Made by a program: the position numbers and the translations under genes. Of a stretch of 64,000 nucleotides of DNA, positions 53,816 through 64,000 are shown piece by piece; positions within the stretch are counted from its first letter, which is position 1; the number at the start of each line of letters is the position of its first letter. Below the pieces are notes generated by a model. That model ran no database searches, was not told where the DNA came from, and saw only the letters and a list, made by a program, of their open reading frames with translations. Source of the stretch: Octopus sinensis (lineage: Eukaryota); assembly GCF_006345805.1 (NCBI RefSeq), contig NC_043002.1, positions 75,392,001 to 75,456,000 on the forward strand, read 5' to 3'.

Positions 53816-55494
53816 CATATGCTTCTTCACTCTCAACCTCGTTTACAAATTCCAAGATAGGAAAATTTACAGTCTTTTATATGTGTGTCATGTGTATGCA
53901 TGTAAGTGTGTGTGCCTATGTATTGCATTTTTTCTCTTGTTTTTAATTCCAGATATAAACTTCACAAAATCTCCTGCTTTCTTGATGGGGGTATGATTGA
54001 AGTGTTTATAGAAGGAGTCAATATGTTCAGATTATTGTGTTTCTGTTCTAAGTGAAGTACACATTTCTGACTCTTGTTATTTTTACACAGAAATGACAAT
54101 ATCCGAGTATCAACTGCAGCTTTTAGAGATTTTTCTGCAGTTCAGTTGTTGTGAGCTAAAGGAAATGGATTCTTTTGTTTACACATTACGTTTCCTGGCA
54201 AATTTTTATACACATACAAAGGCTGTTTTTACCTGTGTGTGTGTAAACAGATCCACATAAACACACACACACACACTTTGCATATATAAATGGTGTCTTG
54301 TGTTGAAAAAACATCCTTTTAAATTTGATGAGCATTTGAAACTAAGTATGTGGAAGGGCATCAAAATCTTGTGCATGAGTTTAGATTTGTAACACTAGTC
54401 ATCTTATGGTAATGCATAGCCTCCTCCTCCTTCATATCATAATGATCACCATGACTACGATTATGTCTGTTTCCTTACTGTCATTTATTTGTTGGATGGG
54501 TCTGCATATCTATCACTACTTCTCTCAGCCTCTCAAGATCCTTTAAGCTTGTCTCTGTAATCTTTCTCAGCTCCCACTAAGCAACCGACCTAGGATTTTT
54601 ACTCTGTCTTTCTGTCTCTCTCTCCAGTGACTGATGAACAAGAATAAATAAATACAGCTTCTTTAGCCATATTCTCATTCAATATGACCATATTCCATCA
54701 TGACTATTGTAGTATCACTAATAGCAACTTTTGGGTTATTAGAATGTTTGAAGAAATCCATTATTTAGACAACATGAAGACTAGGATGATATTAACTATC
54801 ACCATTGCAGGTTATACTGATAGAGCCTATGATTCAAGGTCAATGCTCATGATCTTTATATGCTGCATCATATAACTGAGACAACATTTTAGCTAGAACT
54901 CAGATAACAACATTGGTGAAGATTTGAACTTAGGAAAATCTTGCATATTTTCACTCTTCTGCTTAAAGAATTTATTTTCTAACTGTGTTTCAGTAATTTT
55001 CTTTGCCTAAAAACCCAGCTTTCAAAAGATGGTTGATTAGACGTCTAGTAAGACAGCTGAATGGTCCAGTCATTAATTATAGGTACAAATATGAATTTTT
55101 AATGTGGCTAGAGAATCTAATGCTATCACCTGTGCTTGCTTGCTTTCAATTGAGTTTACTTTGTTGCAATCATTCAGCTACCTCTGGCCATTTGGAAGGT
55201 ATAATGTAAAATTGCATATATGACTGTTGTATGACATCATCATAATGTAATGTCTGCTTTTCCATACTAACATGGATTAAATAGAGTTTGTTAAGGTAGA
55301 ATTTCTATGGCTGGATAGCTCTCCTGTTGGCAACCCTCACCTGTTTCCAGGCAAGGTATTATTAATCCATAGCCAGGCATACTTTTCACGGAAGACTGGA
55401 AATGGACTACGTAGCTTGTATGATGGTGATGCTAAAACAAAGGCACAAACATATACACATGCACATGTATACAATAGACTTCTTCCAGTTTCCT

Positions 55495-55707
55495 GTCCAC
55501 TAGAGATAGCAATAACTCATTCGAGCTCGCAATATATAGAAAAATAAGTGACAATCAGTCGCTAATCTTGCAACATCTAGCTACTAACTAGCTATTTTGC
55601 AGATTGCATTGATAACCAGCTAGAGGAAGCATCCTCTTGGGGTTAAAAATGGTAGTAATGTTGATTCATACAGAACAGCCATGTTGAAGTAGTGACAAGC
55701 ATTACTT
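55495..55707 (-). mobile_element. Half copy of the long-TIR MITE
   Basis: Reverse-complement match to ~43790-43990, ending ...gttgaagtagtgacaagcattactt. Confidence 0.75.
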
Positions 55708-55720
55708 TGATAGGCAGATG

Positions 55721-55950
55721 TTAACCCTTTTGTTACATATTTCTGTTGAGATGCACTATGTTTCTTTCAATTGATTTTCAATATAACAAAGAATTTAGAA
55801 AAAACAACTTAGTTATCATTAAGCTAATGTTAGGAACATGAATTGTGACTAAGGTTTGGTGGAAGATTTTGATTCAGAACTTTTGAAAACAAGACATTTG
55901 TACTACAGAGCCAGAGGCAGTTTCAGGCAGGTTGGTATCAAAAGGGTTAA
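55721..55950 (+). mobile_element. piggyBac-type MITE, family P2
   Basis: TTAA-cccttttgttac ... gtatcaaaaggg-TTAA: 12-bp TIR (11/12) and TTAA on both sides. Related copies at ~46570-46786, ~61826-62019 and partial ~24356-24420. Confidence 0.85.
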
Positions 55951-58621
55951 ACAATGATGATGACTCAGTAATGCCTCACATTATTAGGATCAGCTTTATG
56001 AAACCCCAGGTTTATGAGCTTTTACAAGTTTTTATTTTCTGTTTGCAAGTTTTCTTATTACAAGCATTCTCCAGGAATTAATTAATTTCTAAATTGAGGC
56101 ATTACTGTATAAATGAAGCATATAAGCAATGCATAGTCTCCAACCCATCTATGATGGCAGTGGTACCTAATAGGAATCTGACTTGGATAGTGTTGATCTG
56201 TCTAACCCATGCTGACATAGAAAAGCAGATGTAGAATGATGATGATGGTTATACATTCAAACATATAGAGATACTTGTCTATAAACATTCTTATGTGTAT
56301 ATACACACAGAGAATTGTGAACAGAGAAATAGAGGAATGAGGAAACAGTAAAAAAAAAAAAAAAGAATAAAGAAATGACAAGCAAGAAGAAACTATAAGA
56401 GCAGAAAGATAAGTTGTGGGGACAGGCTATAGATACTGAATATATAAACTGTTCCAAAGTGGCATGCTTGGTATATTAATATACATATAAACATGTTGAG
56501 ACTAAAATATGAATGTAACACATATGCACAAACATAGAGTGTATTTACATGTGTATGAATGTAGACATGTTTATGTTTTATGTTTGAATGTAGGCATGCT
56601 TACGTTTTATACAGAATGTAGTGTCAATATTGACACCCAAGAATAAACATATTTACTCACGCATATGTATATATTGTACATTTATTTATATATTTACATG
56701 CACGTGCACATACATACACACACACACATACACACAAGTACATGTACATACACTGACAAACAGAATTTTTTTTCTTAGAAAGTGAGCATGGAAAAATGTT
56801 CGGACATGCTGCGACATGCATACATACAAAAATATGAGTAGACATACACACAAAGTTAAATGCAAACATAACAAATGCACATGTTTAGTTGGATTACAAA
56901 TATGTATACACACTTGTATGCACATGACCACAAATATAAGAAAATTACATATGTGCTTATATGCATATCAAACCCATGCATACATGAAAAAACACATTCT
57001 GGTGATAGCTATATGTTTATTAGTGTGAGAAAGAGAGAAAAGCTGAATGACAGATAGTAATAGCTAGTGACTAGGGTGTGAAGATTTGATGGTTGGGTTG
57101 TATTGCATGCTATCAAATAAGATGTTAGCCCTCATAGGCAGGCATCTTGATGGAGAGAGAGAGAGAGATGAAGTGGTATGGATGGTAGCTGTAGGAAGGA
57201 TTGAATACAGGCAAGTTCAGGGCCATATTTTGTTATATGGGTATCATGGTAGCTTGACTCAGAGAGAGAGGGATGAGTGTCAGAGAATGAAAGGACCAAA
57301 TAAATTCAACAGCATCTTTACTTGCTCAAGCATCATGGTATAGTTGACTGGTGAGGTATTGGTATCCTTAGTTACTGTGAATATGAAGGGGAAGGTGAGT
57401 GAAGAGAGTATTGTTGATACAGAGATGACAGCCAACTATCAAAGAATATCAGAGAGTGATGGGGAGGGGAGCAGATGAAGTGTAACAGGAATATTTTAGG
57501 TGAGAGATCAAAATGTGTCTATGTTAAATCTCCCATGGTCTACTCTGTCTCTCTTTCACTCTGTATTTGTGTGGGTGTGTATGTATATATGTGTATAAAA
57601 AAACGTGTATATACATATGGGTAAAATATGTCTATACATACATACAGATAATAGACATTGATGTAGTTCACATAGCACATAATTCATTTAAAAGCGAAAC
57701 ATTTATCATGAAAATGCTTGATTAAAATAAAAATGAAAATAATTTGTTAAAGCTATGACAACATCTATGCGAAAAATGGAACAAAAATTGAACTATCTTG
57801 AATTTACAATCCAGAGTAGATATTTGTGTACATATATTACTTTTAATCCACACACCCACATATATGTATGTATGCATGTGTATACGTATGTGTGCACATT
57901 TGCATGTATGTATATCTATATATTTAGAAGATTGGATACTTTATATATTTAATCTTATCATGTGGTCGTTTAATCATCCAAAAGGAAATTTTTATATAAT
58001 TTTAATTTTTATACATCTTTTTTTGTTTGTAATTTTGTCTTGTTTATATATATATATATATATATATATTTTGTTGTTCCTTAGTGTAGGTTACATGTTT
58101 TCTCTGATGCTTATAATTCTTTACAAATATTGGAATATTATGAAGCTTAATCCAAGATATTCTATTTTTCATTCATAAGTTTTGATCTGGAAGACTTAAA
58201 TTGTTACCAGTTGGGAAAATATTTACTGATATACAGATATCTCACTTCAGCCGAATCTAAAGGCATATTTATTATTTTGAATACAGCTTTGTCTATACTC
58301 ATTGGCATGAGAACAGTTGGTGGCTGGAGAAATATTTTTAAATTAACAGAAAAGCTTCATTTTTTTTTATATATTTGTGAAGTGTGTGTGTGTGCGTGCG
58401 TGTGCGCATCAAGAGTTTTCTAAGAACATTATATATATATTTGACATTTATTTCTTACTTATCTCTTAGACAATGAGGTAAATAAGAGCATATTTTTTTT
58501 TCTTCTTTGGAATAAACAATAATGGAAATGGAAAAGATGAACTTCTACTTGATTTGAAAATAAAATGATAATAGAATTGTCACTTTTATTTATTTATTTA
58601 TTTATTTATCTATTTATCTAT

Positions 58622-58656
<35 letters not shown>

Positions 58657-59553
58657 CAGACATGTCTTCTTGAAAGCATGCTTTTTCAGATTATAATTTG
58701 TTTAGATTTAGAAAAGATAGTTTTATTTTTTTTGGCTCATTTTAAATGTCTGTCTCCCTCTGTGTGTGTGTGTGTGTGTGTACACATATATAAATATTAT
58801 ATATTATATCTATAATTATATTTATATCAAATTGAAATGGGTTACAACATAGTGAAGGAAATACATGCACAGATGCTCTTTTTGTTGTATAATTCCCTTC
58901 TCATAGTTTTGGTGAATTGCATGTATTGTATATATCACATAGCACGATGGATGAGGTATAATTGAAATTGGGTGTGTGTATGTGTGCGCGTGCACACCAC
59001 ATTTTTTCTAATAAGTTTTTTTTTTTGCATTTTCTCATATTAGGTTAAAGATTAAAATACAATAATATAATTATGATACTACTACACATAGACATACCAC
59101 CCTTCTTTAATTGATGCAATAATATGAAAACACAGTTCTGTGCAAATAATAATGATAATAATATAAACCAGCCAATCTTGGCATATGTTTTGTTTATGTA
59201 ATAATATTTTTTGAAAATTGTAAATTTTTCTAGAAATGTTAGTTTTCAATGTAGAAAAATGAGTTTCTTATTTTTTTTTTTTTGTGTGTGTATGTGTGTG
59301 TTTTGATGATAGCTGAAGTCAATTTTTGACTTAAGAATCCATTTTACTTGTATCTAAAACAAATAGATATACCAAATACCATACAAAATAAATTCTTGAT
59401 TTATTAAAATTATCTCCATCTCTGGAAGGTGTATGATAATTAACAAATGGCATATAACAAGGGTTACTAAATATAGTATGGAGCACAGTTCTAGCTTGGT
59501 GGTAGTGGTGGGGAAACACTGATACAAGAACATTGTGTAATGAAGAAATGAAA

Positions 59554-59932
59554 GGCAGGAGTGGCTGTGTGGTAAGTAGCTTGCTTACCAACTACATGGT
59601 TCCAGATTCAGTCCCACTGCGTGGAATCTTGGGCAAGTGTCTTCTACTATAGCCTTGGGCTGACCAAAGCCTTGTGAGTGGATTTGGTGGACAGAAACTA
59701 GAAGAAGTGCGTCATATGTATATGTGTTTGTGTGTGTTTGTCCCCCCAGCATCGCTTGACAACTGATGCTAGTGTGTTTACATCCCCGTAACTTAGCGGT
59801 TCGGCAAAAGAGACAGATAAAATAATTACTAGGCTTACAAAGAATAAGTCCCGGGTTCAATTTGCTCAACTAAAGGTGGTGCTCCAGCATGACCACAGTC
59901 AAATGACTGAAACAAGTAAAAAAAATAAAAGA
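59554..59932 (+). mobile_element. tRNA-headed SINE, family A (full length)
   Basis: A-box-like tggctgtgtgg, B-box-like gattcagtcc, internal (TG)n, tail ggtgctccagcatgaccacagtcaaatgactgaaacaagtaaaa; many copies in window. Confidence 0.9.
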
Positions 59933-60059
59933 ATTAGACTAATCACTATCTGTTCAAGACAGTAGCTACTATCCTGTTATGGAAAGGACTAGAAACTTTT
60001 CTAATTTCATCTGGCAAGTCAAGTCTTGAGAGCCCTATTCAAAGTGTATATTTTGGAAC

Positions 60060-60300
60060 TGAATTAGGCTTCAGCCAAATTCCTTGTTGAGGAGACTGGA
60101 TATCATCTCCTTATCACATTAGGTATTGATATGATCAAGAATCATAGAAGCAAGAACGTTACCACTAACCGATAGAAGAGATATACCTTTGTGGGGTTTT
60201 TGTAATATGGCTTATTACTCTTACTCTCACACAGGTGAGCTATCTTTAATTGGAGCTTTCATAAAACTATGCATACCAGTTTTGGTTGACTATCAAATTG
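60060..60300 (-). pseudogene. Decayed RTE-like LINE fragment (pre-RT region)
   Basis: Minus frame HKGISLLSVSGNVLASMILDHI matches the non-LTR motif RGISLLSxxGKVxxxIILxRI; stops nearby. Confidence 0.65.
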
Positions 60301-61036
60301 TATGACTGTCAGACCAGCAGTATAAACCAAAGGTGACCAGACTGTGGCCTGTGAGCTATATGTGACTTGTAAAGTTATTATGTGCAGCATCCAAGAAAAT
60401 GATATTGGGTTCCACTGGTTGTATTTTTTTTAAAACACTGTGACTTAGAGATGCAGGAACAAAGGAAACTTCTAAATGTATATTATATTTCTCTCTCTCT
60501 CTCTCTCAGTATGTCTGCATGTGTGCCTGTATATTTTCAGTTTTGTAATTAAAAAGGAAGTGAATGTGTGTCCGTGTCTCTTTTTATGTTTGCACCAGTC
60601 TAAAAACTGGTGTTGTTTATGTTTGTGTATTATTGATAAAATAAATATACCAGACTGAAATATCTACTAGAATCGATATGATCAACTAAAAGCTTTGAAG
60701 ATAGTGTCCTAGCATGGCCACCACAAGTCAGACACTTAATGAATGCATGCATATTCTTGCAACAAGAGTGAAAAACCATGTAGACTACAAATCCAACAAA
60801 TTGTGTTTCTGTTACATTAGAGAAGACTCACAGAAGCTTCTTTTAACCTTTGAGTTTCATATATATACATGTAAATCTCATATTCACATGCCTGTATATA
60901 CAATGAATCTGATCAAAGCAATATAATGTTTATAAGTTTGAATACATGGAGATATCAAAACCACATTGTGAGTTTACAAGTGTTCAGAAAAAGCTGTGAA
61001 GCCATATGTGTGTGTATATATACTTATATACTTGTT

Positions 61037-61138
<102 letters not shown>

Positions 61139-61353
61139 CATTGAAGTATACAATAGTATTACATAACAGCATTCTCAGTAAAATAAAGGAACTAATGAGG
61201 AGAAAAAAGTAATGAGAAAAATTTTAAAAAGAAAAGTCAGTAAAATGCACCAAAGTGAGGAGTTTGTTGTTTAGCCTCATCATCCCTGATTAATCAGAGC
61301 TATGATGTAAAGCATTCCAGCTATGACCAACCTGCCTTTTATTTTTTTTAGCG

Positions 61354-61809
61354 TTTTCATTTTCATCTAGTTTCAGCTCATGAGCTGTGGGCATTCTGGA
61401 GCACCGCCATTCGGTGTTGCTACATGATTTTACTTCACGAATGCTTTTTAGCAATTGACATTTGGTGTATGAGAGAGTTTGATGCAGCTGCCCTCATCTG
61501 CACCTCCTGCCATGAAGCTGGTTCATCTGGGACACCTGACAGGAAGAGGTCCAGCTTTATTTTAAAGACATCCGCATCCACCCCATGCAGGTCTCTCAGG
61601 TCCTTCGGGAGGATATTGAAGATCTGTGGACCTCTGAAGCCCAGGCTATCGCAGTATCTTGTTCTACATCTTGATGGCAAATTTGGGGTCCTTGGCACTA
61701 TCCAGTGGCGCCCAGTTCTAGTATTTGTGTAACTCTCGATGCCAAAGTTTGAGACAAGTCCTTCCAAGATCTTCCAGATGTATATTATGGCATATTTTTC
61801 TCGCCTACA
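61354..61809 (-). mobile_element. 5'-truncated LINE 3' end (ORF2 C-terminus, CR1/L2-like) with 3' UTR
   Basis: IIYIWKILEGLVSNF...GPQIFNILPKDLR...FKIKLDLFLSGVPDEP...AASNSL is typical of CR1/L2-group ORF2 C-termini. It is followed by a short UTR with a stem-loop and (TGAAAA)n tail. Confidence 0.85.
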
Positions 61810-61825
61810 TATGAATTTTCTATTC

Positions 61826-62019
61826 TAAGCTTTTGTTACCATATTGCCTTTATTTCAATTAATTTTGAAAATAGTGGAGAATTTAGTAAAATAACTTCGT
61901 ATTTATTAAGCTGGTGTTTGGAATATAAATTAACATGAAATTTTGATGGAAAGTTTTAATCTAGACCACTTTGAAATAGGAACATTGTATCATAGAACCA
62001 GAGAGCACTCTGAGGTTAA
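61826..62019 (+). mobile_element. Family P2 MITE copy (decayed)
   Basis: cttttgttacc...gaatttagtaaaataact...catagaaccagag matches P2. Confidence 0.7.
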
Positions 62020-62881
62020 GACAGCAGAGTGTGATCTGAAGATTTGGTTACTATTTCTAGCTGTTTGAGTGTCTATATAGAGGCTCTCGAAAAAAACAAG
62101 TCATTGTGGAAGAAATAAGAGAAGCAATTCCCGGTGATTGTTGGACACCTGCAGGTAGATTACTGTTGGTGACCTGCCTGATCTGCTGTCACTAATTCAC
62201 AAGAATTTTGTCATTTAGTCATATTGGTATGTGTGTGCGTGTGTGTGTGTGTATGTGCATTGCAGGTGAATAGACAAGGAAAGAATTGGAGGAGAGAGCG
62301 TTAAGGATATTGAAATATAGTCAAAAGGTTACCTAGTAATAATGAAAACAGTTACAAGTTTCTTTGGAAAATATGAGTTACGTAATCAGACAATGCAGGT
62401 GTGCAATCAGGAATGTCTAGAAAATTGTCATCTTTTTTGTTATTTTTAAAATTTTACTTTTGTATTAGTCAGCAGATGTACTGCTAGAACTTTAGGCAAT
62501 TTGTACCCACACACGTGCTGTGTATGTATGTGTATTTGTGTGTGTGTGAGGTGTAAATGTAAGCATTAGACAGATAATCAAAGAGACTGACATTGCTATA
62601 TGTCAATAGTAAATAATCATGTAATAATAATAATAATAATAATCATAATGAAAATGGTGTTAATAATGAAGATTGATGTATTACAGAGAAAGAAGTGTCA
62701 GTTGTGGGTATTTCCCCCCCTTTTTTATTGTATTATTATTATTGTTGTTGTTGTTATTTTCCTTGTCTCTTTCTTTCACCTATATTGAAAGACAGTTAAG
62801 CCCTGTTGCCTGCTGGAACCAAATTGAAGTACAGCTCAAGAAATCAATTTGTGTTTTTAGTCAGCCTGTGCACACACATAG

Positions 62882-62912
<31 letters not shown>

Positions 62913-64000
62913 CACACACACACACGCAAGTAGTATCACTGCAGTAATTTGCAATGCAAAATGTCGATGTAACCACAGTTCTCGCTAAACTGTCAGGAAA
63001 CCGTCAAAAAAAAAAAAAAGATGACCGCAGGCTTTGCATTCCGTGTTCGATTGTTAGATGAGTAGCAACTAATGGCATCCTCGACATTGGTAGTCATTTC
63101 AGTTCTCCTTATTTCCTTGTTTTCCATTTTCTTCCCCACTCTCTCTCTCTCTCTCTTCTCCTGTCTTCATTCATTCTTTTCTTTCTTTGTTTTTTTATTT
63201 TATTTTGTTTTATTTTTGTTATTTATTTGTTTGCTCCTAGGAACTGAATTTGTTATGCATTTGCAATGAAGAAAAATCATTATAATGTAAATTGTTCCAA
63301 CTCGTTGACATGCCATATCATTTCCTATTTCTTTAATCTGGGTGATGAATTTCATTATATTAAAATACTGCTTTCACTCCAGAATAGTGGATCTCTCTGT
63401 CTCTCTTGTCTCTCTCTCTTTCTCCTCTCTCCTCTTAATCTTCTTTCTTCCTCTCCACCCACTCTCACTTAGATGATGTTACCACCACCACCACCAAGAA
63501 CAACACCTTATCACTATGACCACCACTATGACCTCCACCCTCACCACAATCACCACCTCCACTGTCAGTGCTATTCAACCACTATCACCAGAAGCAGCAC
63601 CACTATTTAACATATCTTGTCCATCACTGTTATGACTATTACTGCTGCTACTACTACTACTACTACTACTGCTGCGGCTTCAAATTCTTTTTTCGTTTTC
63701 TTTTTTGTGAACATGTCTTCAGTAATGACAATTTCATACAATTATTATTGTTATGATAATTATTATTCTTTTGTTAGTTTTATTATTTTGCAGCTGTTGG
63801 CAGTGTGTAGTATGGTGGTTGAGGCAGTTATAATGTCAGTAGTTACAGTGGTGATGATGATGATGATAGTAGGGTTACAATGGTGGTGGTGTGCAGAAGC
63901 AATGTTAATGTTGCTATTTATATTGATGTCATTTTATTCTGTTTATTCATTGTCCTTTTTAAAGAGCTCATGCCAAAAGTAAAGGACAGACGAAGGGGTT

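Noticed and set aside
60212-60240. Recursive splice site CAG|GTGAGC
   Set aside because: Lies within an antisense RTE fragment, so likely coincidental.
60325-60395. hAT MITE left end
   Set aside because: Only a CpG-decayed resemblance; no partner TIR or TSD found.

Overview
Eukaryotic, AT-rich, microsatellite-dense non-coding DNA. The SINE set resembles what I recall from octopus genomes (inference, no search run). No intact protein-coding gene is supported. Almost all ORF-track entries are microsatellite or SINE read-through. The window holds several modular tRNA-headed SINE families, three decayed mariner elements, two TTAA-flanked piggyBac-type MITE families, a hAT MITE, a long-TIR MITE, LINE 3' fragments (CR1/L2-like, RTE), two minisatellites and a ~660-bp tandem duplication. 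The most notable signals are: (1) a complete minimal type I hammerhead-ribozyme fold inside a 152-bp fold-back element (10566-10717), plus several decayed hammerhead-like motifs elsewhere; (2) a LINE and the dominant SINE sharing a 3' tail whose stem-loop covaries; (3) a candidate recursive splice site and a few speculative small exons, suggesting the window may be a giant intron. Family letters (A-E, P1, P2) are my own labels, and most repeat boundaries are approximate.
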